This document shows positions 13,484 through 26,889 of a DNA stretch of 64,000 nucleotides, in pieces. Both the position numbers and the translations under genes were made by a program. The stretch is from Octopus vulgaris (lineage: Eukaryota), in assembly GCA_951406725.2 (NCBI GenBank), contig OX597817.1, positions 175,770,001 to 175,834,000 of the forward strand, written 5' to 3'. Within the stretch, counting starts at the first letter, position 1. Each line of letters begins with the position of its first letter. Below the pieces are notes generated by a model that was not told where the DNA came from, ran no database searches, and saw only the letters and a list, made by a program, of their open reading frames with translations.

Positions 13484-14052
13484 TTGATAGAGCTGCACAA
13501 TATATTCACTGAGTAATTTGCAAAAACCTGGATTTGCCCCATGAAAAAAACCAGTGGGAACACAAACCACCTCCAGTGCTTGAAAATGACCACATCTCAC
13601 TCCTCTGGAACTGACAGAAAGATAGATGCAAATAGGCCAGACATCATATTGAAAGACTTCAGACAAAGAACATGCCTCCTCATTGATATGACTGTCACAA
13701 TCGATATAAACGTATCTGTCAAGGCCTACCAAAAACTGAGCAAATATAAAGATCTTCAAATAGAAATCAGCAAAATGTGGAACCTGAAGACTAAAACAAT
13801 ACCTGTTGTCATAGGTGCCCTGAGAATGATAGCAAAAGGGGCTGATTGCTACCTAACTCAGATACCAGGAAACCCAAAAATGGCAGAAATTCAAAAGATA
13901 GTGCTCATGGGAACTGCCCATATCCTACGCAATATACTTTCTATGTAATCTCAATGTTTAAAACAAACATAATTTTCGGTTCTCTTGAGGTCTCTTGGTG
14001 AGACTTGGAGCCAACTTGTACAAATATAAAGCAAAAAATAATAATAATAATA
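13483..14052 (+). mobile_element. 5'-truncated R4/Dong-clade non-LTR retrotransposon (restriction-like endonuclease domain plus 3' UTR)
   Basis: ORF 13541-13948 has RPDIIL...LLIDMTV...KLSKYKDL...IPVVIGALR (REL motif). The upstream frame reads DRAAQYIH..ICK...WEHKPPPVLEND..LLW. The element is flanked on both sides by (TAA)n, the known Dong target. Confidence 0.88.
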
Positions 14053-14053
14053 A

Positions 14054-14418
14054 AGTGGAGGAGCATCATAGCCGTGTGTTGAAAGAAATTCTTGGAAGTT
14101 TGGATAACTCACCTTTGGAAACATGGGTGGTTCGTTCAAATCCTTAAATAACCTTTATTCAGGGACCTTTTAAGCAGGATGGGTTACTCGACCAGAAGAA
14201 AATTCTAATTGGGTCCCACCCGCAAGGTCATGTGCTGTTTATCTTGATATGAGATCACCATGTCGTGCACATATGGTTGTGATGCATGTGCCTGGTGTAC
14301 CCTTATCAGACGGGTAGTCATGATGGGTATACTGGGCTTCGTATATTTTATCCCAGTGTCACTTTGATGGCATGCACTGCTCTCTCACTCAATAATAATA
14401 ATAATAATAATAATAGTA
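14054..14418 (+). mobile_element. Second retroelement 3' end terminating in (TAA)n
   Basis: Non-repetitive 340-bp segment between two (TAA)n tracts, ending ctctctcactc(aat)n, directly after the Dong-like element. Confidence 0.5.
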
Positions 14419-15120
14419 ATGGAAGTTTCTCTCCATCTAATATATATGTGCCGTAGGTCTCTGTTTGAGACCCGGTTGGAAGATGAAATAAAAATGCGAA
14501 TCAATCGAAAATAATAATAATAATAATAATGCTTTTCTTAACTAGAAAGGGTTCGTTAAAAAAATACATTGAGGACAATATAGGACAATACTACATGGGA
14601 TTACATGAAAGAGCGTGTAGAAAGAATAAAAGTAATAAATTTCAAGCAATGAATGATTCTCTCACAAAAAAAAAATGAGGTTTCTGAAGCCTATTCATGG
14701 AAACAACCACAAAGCCAGATTGGATTTGATTGACTCAGTCAGCCATCTTGATACAACCTTCACACACACACACACACAAGGCTAAAAGGAGATGTCATCA
14801 ACAAACAAGCACGTTTTTTTCTTTATTATTCATAAAATACTACTCAAATATATTATCTGAATATATTACTGAAATGTAAGTACGTATTCACTTTTATAAA
14901 CGGAGAGCAACAGGGCAGAACAATAAATATTGAGTCAGTCAGGAACCTTGGAAGGTAGATAACGATCAACTATTATTATTTATAAGTACACACTGACGTA
15001 TGAACGTAACATCCGGCCGTCGTAGGAAAAGAAAATTCCATTTCAGATATATATCTTTCTCTTTTCGAAGAACGTGTGCTCAAATGACTGGCAATTCATA
15101 CATTTCCTCCTTGACGGCAT

Positions 15121-15327
15121 TACTCTTTTACTTGTTTCAGTCATTTGACCGTGGCCATGCTGGAGCACCGCCTTTAGTCGAGCAAATCGACACCAGGACT
15201 TATTCTTTGTAAGTCTAATACTTATTTTATCGGTCTCTTATGCTGAACCACTAAGTTACGGGGACGTAAACACCAACATCGGTTGTCAAGCGATGTTGGG
15301 GAGACACACACAGACACATAAACATTT

Positions 15328-15360
<33 letters not shown>

Positions 15361-15508
15361 CGACGGGCTTCTTTCAGTTTCCGTCTACCAAATCCACTCA
15401 CAAGGCTTTGGTCGGCCCGAGGCTATAGTAGAAGACACTAGCCCAAGGTGCCACATAGTGGAACTGAACCCGGAACCATGTGGTTGGTAAGCAAGCTACT
15501 TACCACAC
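15121..15508 (-). mobile_element. tRNA-derived CORE-like SINE (octopus OR-like) with internal microsatellite
   Basis: Minus strand: gtgtggtaagtagcttgc...ccgggttcagttcc...caccttgggc; internal (TA/CA)n; tail ctccagcatggccacggtcaaatgactgaaacaagtaaaaga. Confidence 0.85.
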
Positions 15509-16615
15509 CGAGTTTTGCTAATAAAGAATTTATCATGATTTAAAAAGAGTCTTATAATAATTAATGAATAAATAAATTCCTGTGGTTTTATTATAAAAGT
15601 AAATAGTTTCCTAGTTGTATTATTTAGTCTAGGACACCTTTCGTTCGTCCGTGTGTGTAAGACTAGTAGCTGCTGCTAAGCACAAGACTTCTCTCACCCC
15701 ACGGCACCGACGAATTTAAAAAGAAAAGCAAATCCTGAACAGTTTGGCACCAATGTTACCGCAGATATAGACGCGAGAAAGCAAAGAGCCGTAACCAGGT
15801 ATGGCAAAGTATCCCATCCAATGCTCTAACAGTTCCACCAATATACCAACCTAGGATGGTACTTCACCCCCACCCCCACCCCTTTTATCGACCCCTGAAA
15901 GGATGAAAGGCAAAGTTGACCTCCGAAAGAATAAAAATCAGATTGCACTTAGCATTCTACCCGACAATTCTATACAACTGTAGAATATAAAATGCATGTA
16001 TGCACACACACGGACACACAAAGAGAGACAGATAAAGAGATAGTAACAAAAATGGGATGATTGGACATTCTGCCTGCTTTAGTAAGAGTACTTTGAAGCG
16101 CATGATGGCAGAGAGAGAGAGACAGGCAGACAGACAGATAGTTATAGAGAGAGAGAGAGAGATTGTATTTTACACTTGGACACGATTAGCATAAACACTT
16201 TCTTTTTACTGATACACAGAGAAATAAGCTGGGAGAGAGATAGAAAGAGAGAGGAGAAAACGAGAGAAGCACCGAAAGGTCTAATGTCAAATAAGTAAGC
16301 GTCGAATCAGCAACGCCAAACCAGCTGTACCAAAACAACTCATACCCACACAGAAGCCAATATAATAAATTGGAGCAGTTCAGAGTCGGCCAGATTAACC
16401 ATTAAACCAAATATATCCAGGACTGAGGTAGCAAGGGAAAGACGAACCAATCAGATTTTTCCCAGTATTAAGATTAACCATGGAATAAATGATAAAATAG
16501 TAAAGAAAGGTATTGAAAATTTCCATTTTCTCTTTTTGCCCTAGTGTTAAGTAAATACTCGCTTACTGTTATTTAGTATTAGATAAAAAACAAGATTAAG
16601 AAAACAAACGGGTTG

Positions 16616-17137
16616 TACCATAAATCCTTGAGTATAATCTGCATTTTTTCCCCAAAATTTAATGGTCAAAATCCCTAGTGCGTACTATATACGAGGTTAA
16701 AATGAAAAATATTTTCTAAGCAATGTCCGAGTCTCTACTTGCTGTCCAGCAATGTTTATTCAGACGGATTTTGTGATGTCAGGCGCGAAAATACCTTAAG
16801 CTAAGCCTGAAAGCAATGAAGTCTTAAAAGAATCATCCATAACTTGCAGTAAGCAACATTTATTAAAATAAACATATTCAGAACACAGAATAACATGTAA
16901 CAAAAACAATTTGCAAACATATTTACATTCCCATATAACAGTTAAAAACATCAACATTATTGTATTACGCAAGCACGGAAGTGTTTGTTCGACTAGGTGC
17001 TGCTGGCTTAATTACACACGACTCAAGTTAGAGGAGTGCGTATTATACACAAGGATTAGGTTTTTCAGAGGTACAGCCCCCTAAAAATCCCCTGCATATT
17101 ATACTCAAGGGCGGACTATACTCGAAGATTTACAGTA
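16616..17137. mobile_element. pogo/Tigger-like MITE with TA TSD
   Basis: TA-ccataaatccttgagtataatctgc ... gcggactatactcgaagatttacag-TA imperfect TIRs. Confidence 0.75.
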
Positions 17138-17396
17138 TTTATTACAGTATCCGGATCTAGTGTGGTCTGGAAGAAAATTAAAATTAAAATCTATGATTTC
17201 ACACAAGTATTGAGGTTGATATAATCGAGCCTTACCCTCCACTCTAAATTTTTGGCTTTGTCTGCATAAGAAACAATTACAGCATCAATATCCTGACAAT
17301 CAGACGATAAAAAAAAAGTCAAAAGGGTACTGTCGTCGGGCTGCGTGCTAAGAATATCAGTTGGTTTCGACTATACACTCTAATGATCGGCTATGT

Positions 17397-17572
17397 CAGT
17401 AGTTCCCAAAGTGGATGTTACTGCCCTCCTCCCCTGGGGGGAGTGAAAAGATTCCGGAGGGGGGAGGGGGGCTGAACAAAAGTGAGGCGATAAGGTGGTC
17501 GTCATCGTAGGCGCTAGAAATATCACCTGGGTGCCAAGGGGACAGCAGCCCCAAAAAGTTCGCAAATTACTG
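17397..17572. mobile_element. hAT MITE with 8-bp TSD
   Basis: cagtagttcccaaa...aaaagttcgcaaattactg, flanked by ggctatgt and gactatgt. Confidence 0.75.
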
Positions 17573-17744
17573 GACTATGTCATAAGTTGGCTATGCTAAC
17601 TTCAAGTCCCCTTTGAGGGACATTCCGTTATGTGGTACCCTTATCGGACAACTCTGAAACTTTTTTACCAAGCAGGTCACTAAGCAGAAATGATTTTCTA
17701 TCACATATCTATGAGGGATAATGATACTTTTTTTTTTTTTTTCA

Positions 17745-17960
17745 GGCGGCGAGTTGGCACACTCGTTAGCATGCTGGGTAAAATGTCTTAACAGCATTTT
17801 TTGTCTGTCTTTACGTTCTCAGTTCAAGTTCTGCCGAGGTCGACTTTGCCTTTCATCCTTTCGTGGTCGATAAAATAAGTCCCAGCTGAACACTGGGGTC
17901 CATGATATTGACTTATACCACCTCTAGAATTGCTGGCCTTGTGCCAAAATGTGAAACCAC
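17745..17960 (+). mobile_element. Nin/Deu-type SINE
   Basis: ggcggcgagttggcac...gccgaggtcgactttgcctttcatcctttcgtggtcgataaaataagt. Confidence 0.85.
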
Positions 17961-19559
17961 TCTTGGTACTCGACTGAAGAAAGAAAACTCCGAATGACTC
18001 GTCCTTGTCTTCTTTGTATCGTCTATCTGGATGTTTTGTTGTCTCGTTTTTGTATCACCTAACTGTCCGGATGTTTTGCGTTCTTGTCCCATTTTGTATT
18101 TCATATATATATATAATTCTGAGTACACGCAATGTTGGCAGTTGCAATTAGCGTGTTAATGTTCTAGTTAACGAGAAATGGATGCTCTACCAAATGCTCA
18201 CGGACACATACTCGTGGAGATTGATTCTAGTCAGAATAAAAACAATGTTAATAGTTACAGATAGGTTAATGGTAACGCACCCAATGTTTTTAAATGTTCC
18301 CAGCATTAGCTAATTAGATATAATTAAACAATGAAGGAAAAGCAAACATCATCAGTCAATGATTAATATTAATTCATTTTCATACGTGTGCGATAAACAT
18401 CTCCGGAAACATTTCTGATTTCCTTCTGACCTCAGACACCCATTAACATAGTATAAACTATTATGTTTGGAAATGAGGCAAGATTTAATCTGTTAGTTTC
18501 ACACCACCTCTGGTTCTGTTGAAACCAAGCATTTGGATTAGGATACTAGTCTGAGAATACAGACCTTCACACCAGTCTCAAATACTGTGAAAAGGATCAT
18601 CGGCATTGACCTTTCCTCTCTAAATCAATCATTAAAAAGAAAAAGAGGGCAAGATGAACTAAATAACTTAGTTTCACACAGCGGTTTGGTTCCCATCCTG
18701 TGGGTCACAAAGATAAACTCTTCTTTTTGAAATAGTGAATAAAATGTAAAAATGTTCAAGTAAGTCAGAGAGTCGTAAGAGTTACAACATGGCCATTCAC
18801 TGTAAGCAAAATCTAGAATATCCTCCGGACAGAAAAAGGAAAAATTAATGGTTAAGTGCGCTCCGTTGGTATATACTTTTAAAAAAATGCGTAAGATTGG
18901 CGTAAACTCACCAACACCAAATCTCAAGAGGTGGTGGGGGGACAAACAGAGGCAGACACACACACATGCATACGTACATAAGCATGTCCAGACATGTAAC
19001 TATATGTATGAGAACACATACTTAAACGAAACACAAATCTGCACATATACATACATGTTGATATCATTGAATTTCCAATGAATTGGATCAAGGTTAGATC
19101 TTTATTGGCAAGAAATCTTGAGATAAAACTGAATAATGACAGACATACAGACATATGTATTATGTGAAAACCAGAAAAATACTAACAAGCACGCAATTTC
19201 CACATAAACAGTGACGTAGAATGCTTCTACCTAAAATGTAAACAAGGAGGCAGAGGCTTAACATCGATCCATATCCAATCTTGAGAAATTAGGCTTCCCA
19301 AAACCATAAAGGAGAAAGCTAATTCGAAAACTAGATCCAATCTGGCACTGGAACTGTAAAAATCTGTAAAACTTTCCAGGTGTTTATCATTTAAGTAACT
19401 CTATGCATGAGAATACATAAAACAAACAATTCTGCACATACACACAAGAATACCCTGTTGTTGATGTTGAAATTCCAGTGAAGGAACCTTGGATCTAGGT
19501 TAGAAACCGGTTCTTTCTCTATTGGCAAGAAATCTTGAAATAAACTGGATAATGACAGA

Positions 19560-19735
19560 CAGACAGACATACATACGACGGGGGCTCCTTTTGGATACCG
19601 TCTACCAAATCTACTCAAAAGGCTTTAAGTCAGGCCCGGACTATCGTAGAAGACACTTGCACAAGGTTTCACGCAGTGGGACTGAACCCAGAACCATGTG
19701 GTTAGGAAGCAAACTTCTTACCACACAGCCACGCA
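19560..19735 (-). mobile_element. CORE-like SINE, 5' half
   Basis: Minus strand gcgtggctgtgtggtaagaagtttgcttcc...gggttcagtcccactgcgtg; same head as the 35340 copy. Confidence 0.75.
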
Positions 19736-20869
19736 TTCAATTGCCTAAAAATGCTCAGCATTACTTAATGTAATTCCAATTGCTACAACAAAAACAAGTT
19801 GTGAAAAAGCATAGCTCATCAACAAAAATAAACTAAACAAAATAATCAGGAGGGGGAGCTGTACATGTTTACTCGACCTGCAGAAAACAGAAACCAATCT
19901 TCCCTTTAATCATATGCTTACCCTTCCCAATTGTAATAAAGGGAGTATGTTACATTAGCTAGCATTTAATCTATGATTACATTATGTCCTTATGAGATCA
20001 AACGTCGACCTGATCGTAACTGTCCTGTGCTTAAACAGCGTCCTAAATAAAAGATGGAATGCGCTCACATTTGAAACGTTTTTGAGCAAATCTCTGCTTG
20101 ATGAGAAGTGAATCAATGAAAAACAAGACGGTCGATTGCTCAAAGAGAACAAAACCTGTGTTTAAGCAACATAATAGCTCGATTGATGAGAGAAGCCGTG
20201 CCCTTAGCAAAAACGGAACACAGAGCTGTATGTAATAAGGAAGAGCGAACAAGAGAGAGAGGGAAAGAGAAAGGGAGAGAGAGAGAGAGAGTGTGTTTTG
20301 TTTATGTATTTTTCTAAGTAGTACAGAAAACAAAATATACAAAGAATAAATCAAACATAATGAAGCAGACAGACAGACAGAAAGAAAGAAAGAAAGAACG
20401 AGGGAGACAGAGATTGAAATATGGAGGTAAAACGACATTATGAATGTATTACTCATTGGATCAGGCAAATAATGATCACGTACAATAAAACCTGTACAAG
20501 GTAGAATTGAAGAGGTCATTTGGGTCAACTGAAAAAGTACACACAACCACTGTGTGCATGTGGTTTTTCTTCTTGAAAAAAAAAAACGTGGGGAAGGGAA
20601 TACTCAATATAGAGGGTTTGTTATTTTCATTTGAAACTGAAGTTTCTTGAACCACAAACAAGGTTGGTTTCACGCTACCAATTATTCAAACAATTTAAAG
20701 TTAGGTTTCTGCTCAAAGATGAGCAGAAATATTAGTTAATTCATCGGAATAAATTTCTTATCGATTGAAACATCACTAATGCGTCATACTTTTAGCTCTT
20801 GTCATAGGCGGTACACTTGATATGTTCATCCACGCTCACTATATTATTTTCTTTGACCTTTAGAGTATT

Positions 20870-21162
20870 CGGATCATGAACGTATGGTCGTGAGTTCGAT
20901 TCCCGGCGGCACATTGTGTCCTTAAGCAAGACACTTTATTTCACGTTGCTCCAAGTCACTCGGCAGGTAAAACTGAGTTGTATCTGTATTTCAAAGGGGA
21001 AGCCTTCTCACATTTTGTGTCACGCTGAAATCTCCCAGAGAACTATGTTACAGGTACGCGTGTCTGTGGAGTGCTCAGCCACTTGCACGTTAATTTCACG
21101 AGCAGGCTGTTCCGTTGATCGGATCAACTGGAACACTCGTCGTCATAACCGACGTAGTGCCA
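20870..21162 (+). mobile_element. Third tRNA-derived SINE family
   Basis: B box gtgagttcgattccc, then tgtgtccttaagcaagacactt and tail gtgctcagccacttgcacgttaatttcacgagcaggctgttccgttgatcgg. Other copies at 25575-25910 (-) and 30950-31115 (+). Confidence 0.75.
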
Positions 21163-21179
21163 GTTATTCAAGGTGAGAC

Positions 21180-21720
21180 CGAAGAAAAATAGAAAAGTGG
21201 GAATTCCATTAGGATCTCGAGAATGAAAAGTTCTAAGGATCCACAATTTGTGGAACATATCGACTTTATTGTTGATATATGCACCCGAGCTTAGTTTGTT
21301 GTCCAGAGTTACATGTAAGTCATCGACATTATTCAACAGCCACGAAAAGCTCTTCCGAGGGAAGGGTATGCAATTACTTGATCGCATCCTCTTTTCCCAA
21401 AAGATGAGCTCGAATTTTGTCCCGTTTAGCTGCATATTCTATTCTATTTTTTTCTTATTATTTACGCCTACGGAATTACAGGTGGATAGATCAGGGTGGA
21501 GTTCAGTCTAGTGACTCAATGCTTTGCTGACTTCCTGGAGCTGGGGTCATCTACGAAGATTTTTACTTTATCTTATTTGGTGACAAATGAAATAAGAAAA
21601 GGACTTGCACAGCACTCTGGGGAACCCACCAATAAATTCTGCTGGTCTTGAGTAAATTCCGCTGATCACATATGCTGGATTCTGATTACCAGAAAACATT
21701 TCATTTCCTGCTGTAGCGTT
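21180..21720 (-). pseudogene. CR1-type LINE reverse transcriptase relic
   Basis: Minus-strand motifs in order, with frameshifts: VPQSAV (GVPQGS-like), FVDD (21557-21546), MQLNGTKFEL, VDDLHVTLDNKLS, WILRTFHSRD. Confidence 0.75.
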
Positions 21721-21786
21721 GACGCAGTCAAAATATACGACTCTTCCAAAGTATTTTACACACACACACAGAGTATATATATATAT

Positions 21787-21980
21787 ATAACGGGAAGGTT
21801 TACGAAAATAAACAAAAGACGAAGGCAGGTGGAGTACAAACAAACAAATGTATTAGTATGGCGCTCAGGAATAGAAAAAGAACAAGTCTTTTACGTTTCG
21901 AGCCTACGCTCTTCGACAGAAAGATACACAGAAAAGAAACACAGAAAGAAACAAGGAGAGAAAAACATGCGTGTAAAATA
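21787..21980 (-). mobile_element. Penelope-like pseudo-LTR fragment in (TA)n with variant hammerhead-like core
   Basis: Minus strand tcttt CTGTCGA a gagc-gtag-gctc GAAA CGTA aaaga; the element abuts (TA)n. Related copies at about 24000-24140 (+) and 24310-24450 (-). Confidence 0.55.
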
Positions 21981-24892
21981 AAACGAAAAAAATGAAAACG
22001 AAAGGGACAGTTTATACGAACAAGTTCAAGGTTAAAAGTGTAGACGTGGTGTATTTCAAGGATTTCACATCAATAACAAAGTCACTTTGATCCGTGTAGG
22101 AGAGGTGCAGCCAGAGGGTGAGGCATATAATCATTCCATGCTCTTAGTTCTACAACAGCACCATATTACAATAACTGACTAACCTACGACACACCCATAT
22201 ATACATATACAAGCGTGTGCAGCGTATCTACTTATATATATCAAATGTTAAGTGTGTATCTATGTGTGTGTATGTGTAGTTTCAAATCAAACACAGACAC
22301 AAACTGTAAAACATAAGCACAGAACACCATTATAATAATTAGCATTATACGTACATTCATAGAGTGTACATTGTAAACGGAGAGGGCTGAACTCCTAATG
22401 GAGCCGTAAAGCCGTCATTGTAGTAATAGTACGGCGTGCTTTTGCCATTAATAATGTCTTAATGCATTGCCTGCCATGGGCCATAATTTGGGGATCTGCT
22501 AAAAACAGTCCCACTACCAGTTGTTCATCGTATCTAAAGGGAATTGCTTATGTACATTGCATTTGCAGAGGAGTGTTTAACAATATTTAGTAGTTAGAGT
22601 TTGCTATTAATTAGCACTGGCTAATTAATTCTAGAGGATATTTTACATCATAAATCGCAAATTTTGAACTACAAAAATATCGACTGTTTTGAAAACGTGT
22701 TTTTTTTTGGGGGGGGGTCATTTCCCATATATATCTTTCATTGATATTTCATACACATTCGCATTTGATACTATGTTTATTTTTGTAATTGGGTAAAAAA
22801 GGATAAATATGCTTTTTTTTTTATTTTCAGCGATCCCCATTTGGGACTTTTCGAAAAATTTATTATAATTTCCAAAATAATTCGCATATGAAAAAAATTT
22901 AAATACTACAAGTTTTGAATTTTCTTTTTTTTTTTTTCTTTATTTCTACAAGTATCTACTTCTTTTATATTAAGCTGTTCCGTACCTAATATCGGTTGAA
23001 CTTCTTTCTATTTTGAAGCTCACTTAAAATACTAAATTCTTGACTCAGCTGCAACCATGGTAGGGCTCTACCTTTAGTCAAACATTCCAAACCAATTTCT
23101 TTTTTCTTTTCAAGGTTTGGTACTTATTCCCTTGGTTTCTTTCGCTGAACTTATATGTTACAGGGACGTAAACAAACCAACACCAGTTGTCAAGAGGTGA
23201 GGAGGGTAACAAACATTAATAAATAAATATATACACATACATACATTACACACACACACACACGACGGGCTTCCGTTCATTTCCGTCAGCTAGATTCACT
23301 TACAAGACATTGGTCAGTCCAGATTTATAGTAGAAAACTCTTGCGCAAGGTGCTGTGTTATGGGACTGAACATGGAACCACAAGGTTGCAAAGCGAGTTA
23401 CTAACCTCACAACGATGTCATTGTAGAGAAATAGACTTTCTTGACACTTAAAACTATCATTCCACCTTGAATATATTCTAGAAAATATTTAAAAAAAGAA
23501 AGAAAGAAAAAATTCTAAGTTAAGAGTTAGTTTAAAGAAGGGGATTTATCAGACTAAACAGATGACGAAATGGTGCTTCAAAACCGTACAATTGTTTCTG
23601 GTTCAGTCCCACAGCGAAGCATTCGGGGCAAGTGTCTTTTACTATCACCACGGACGGACGAATACATTACAAGAGAATACAGAAGACGGAAACTGTGGGG
23701 AAGCCTATCATACGCGCGTGCTTCTGTGTGTATATAGTGTGTGCACGCGCACTTTTTTTGTTTTCTCCACACTCCTTGAAAACCGGTGTTAGTCTGTTTA
23801 CGCCCCATGCCAACAGCAAAAACACCAAATTTTGGGAAAATAATATAAATAATAGGGTTGACTAAATCCTTCAAGATGGGGTCCCAGCATGACCGCAGTT
23901 AAGTGGCTGAAACAATACATTACACACACACACACACATTATAAGTGTGTCTGTGTGTGTGTGTCAAACCGTTAATTTCGACACATTTTTTCACTCTTCG
24001 TTTTTTCTTTCTTTCTCCCTCCGTTTCTATCATCTCATCTCTTTCGGTCGAAGAGCGTAGGCTCGACACAGCAAAGACTTTTCCATACTTCCTGAGCATC
24101 AAACTAATGCACCTGCTTGTTCTTTTGTTTTCTGTACAATTGAAACACACACACACACATATACGCGTGGCTGTGTGGTAAGAAATTTGCTTCCCAACCA
24201 CATGGTTCCGGGTTCAGGTCACTGCGTAGCACCTTGGGCAAGTGTCTTCTACCAATAGACATGGAGACAGAAACTGAAAGGATCCTGTCGTGTGTGTATA
24301 CACACATGTCTAAGACAGGTGGTGTAGACAACAGTTATATTAGTATAAGGCTCGGGAAGTGAAAAAGTCTTTAACATTTCGAGATTACGCTCTTCCACAG
24401 AAAGAAACAAGGAGAGAAAATAAAGAATGTGTAGTGGCTAGTGATCTATCACGGAGAATGCCGGACGATCGACTTCCCTGTCTTTCGCAAGCCGATTTTT
24501 CACATGCGTTCAAACTAATTTTTCCACCGTCTAGGCCTAAAAAAGCCCTTTTTGTTGGTTCCCTGTCCTGTTATTCCTTATTTGTACTGTTTTTTCTACT
24601 GTTTTTTCTTCATTTGTATTGCTTTTACGTCCTGTTCTTGCCACTTGTTTTGCCCCTCTGCAAAAGAATTTTATTTAATTCCTTTTGCAGGAAGGACTGC
24701 TTCGGCCTGGCCGTGTTCTGCCCTTACCTTCAAAATACGCATTGAGTCGAACCAGGGGCAGCTGATGAAGGGGAATTTTCCTTGTATTGTTTGTCCTGTA
24801 CTCTGTTTTTTCGTTGTTAAAAAAAGTCCGTTTCCTTGTTTGATTTTATGTTTTCGTTTCTCGTGTTCTACGTTTATTTGTGGTGTCCTGTA

Positions 24893-24931
<39 letters not shown>

Positions 24932-25000
24932 GCTTGTATATATACATGTAGATGTAAGTATATATACATGTAGATGTATATGTATGTATATATGCATATA

Positions 25001-25035
<35 letters not shown>

Positions 25036-25138
25036 CATACATATCACTATTCTAGTACACTACATTAGAAACAAACAAAAAAAACATTCATATAATAAAC
25101 AAGCTCCTTCATGACCCAACACATTTTGTGTGTGTGTG

Positions 25139-25187
<49 letters not shown>

Positions 25188-25574
25188 TGGCAGACTGCTC
25201 TTTTCATAATGTCAGTGCAATTACAATTATCGACTACGCCGAAAAAAAAGGACGCCGCCAATGACAGAAGCTTATAAATGGGTCAAATAATTTTTTTTTA
25301 AATAACGAAAGGAAATAGCCACACCCTTTTCCATTTCACTTATAAGAGGTAAAAAGAGAACGGACTGATAATGAAGTCATGAACGCTGTTCCATCACAAA
25401 TACCTCCTTGAAAATGTCTCCGGCAACATTATATAAGATTGCAGCGTGAAAGACACATATTAGCCTTAACTTCACTTAAACATCACTTATTTGATGCTAA
25501 GGTTTCTGCCACATGAATTGCGACCTGGTTACTGACAAGATTACACTGCACATGTCGTGACACTGAGTCGGTTA

Positions 25575-25910
25575 CACCGCCGAAGGTTCCAGTTAATCCA
25601 ATCAACGGAACAGCCTGTTTGTGAAATTAACGTGCAAGTGGCTGAGCACTCCACAGACACGTGTACCCTTAACGTAGTTCTCTGAGAGATTCAGCGTCAC
25701 ACAGGGTGTGACAAGGCTGGCCATTGTAATACAGGCACAAGAGAAACAAGAAGAGAGAGTGAGAAAGCTGTAGTAAAAGAGTACAGCGGGGTTCGCTACC
25801 ACCCCTCGTGGAGCTTTAGGTGTTTTCGATCAATAAACACCCACAACGCCCGGTCTGGGAATCGAAACCGCGATCTTACGACTGCGAGTCCGCTGCCCTA
25901 AATACCGAGC
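25575..25910 (-). mobile_element. tRNA-derived SINE (chimeric: head shared with 45820-46095, tail shared with 20870-21162)
   Basis: Minus head ...tagggcagcggactcgcagtcgtaagatcgcggtttcgattcccagac; tail matches 21020-21140. Confidence 0.75.
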
Positions 25911-26259
25911 CAAAAATAAAATGCTTAAATCAGATATGCCATTTATATGCTAAAGACCAGCATGGAACATGGATGTTACATGATGATGATGTTTTTGTTG
26001 AGATCCGAGTATGAATGAACAGGAAAACTGTGTTATCAGTGAGCAGAAACATAACTGATGATGCACCAAGGAATAATATAATTTCATTGATTTTTGTGCT
26101 TCAACTAGTAAAACGACATTAGTAAAAAGATCTTGACGTCTTCCACTTCAGATACGTAGTTTCGTTTTATGACCCAGTAAGTGAAACTACCCCAAGCCAT
26201 CTGAGCTCGGTGACCGCTTGGGAAACCTAGGTGCTGAAAAACATCTTTCTCTCTTATAA

Positions 26260-26490
26260 GGCGGCGAGCTGGCAGAAACGTTAGCATGCCAGGCGAAATG
26301 CGTAGCCGTGTTTCGTCTGCCTTTACGTTCTGAGTTCAAATTCCGCCGAGGTCGACTTTGCCTTTCATCCTTTCGGGGTCGATAAATTAAGTACCAGTTA
26401 CGCACTGGGGTTGATGTAATCGACTTAATCTGTTTGTCTGTCCTTGTTTGTCCCCTCTATGTTAAGCCCCTTGTGGGTAATAAAGAAATA
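26260..26490 (+). mobile_element. Full-length Nin/Deu-type SINE
   Basis: Near-identical to the reverse complement of 7787-8005. Confidence 0.9.
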
Positions 26491-26889
26491 TATAATAAAA
26501 TGAAAGTAAAATGTTCAATAATACCCGACTACACTCGAATTTAGCAGAATTTTTTTTTTTTTATTCTAATCCTTTGAAACTGAAAATTTATTTCAAAATT
26601 GTTTACATAGAGAAAAAATGGTGGCTGACCTTGTTACAGGACAAGAGTCAGTGAAAATTGCAGACTGACAGGAATTATATTGTGCGGGATATTTGTAATT
26701 AATACGATGAGCATTGAAAGAACGATTACATTTCTGACTTCGTTGGGATTCAGTCATAATTCAGCATCATGGCTTGTAATGAACCAATGAGTTTAATAAA
26801 CAGCCATTTTACTGCCATGGCAGAGGTTATGGATTGGCACAGCTGGTATTTGTCTTCCATACAATTATTTTGTCGAATTCATATACCTT

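Noticed and set aside
26260-26345. tRNA genes suggested by A and B boxes (also at 35340 and 46095)
   Set aside because: They are SINE heads continuing into repeat bodies, and no complete cloverleaf is evident.
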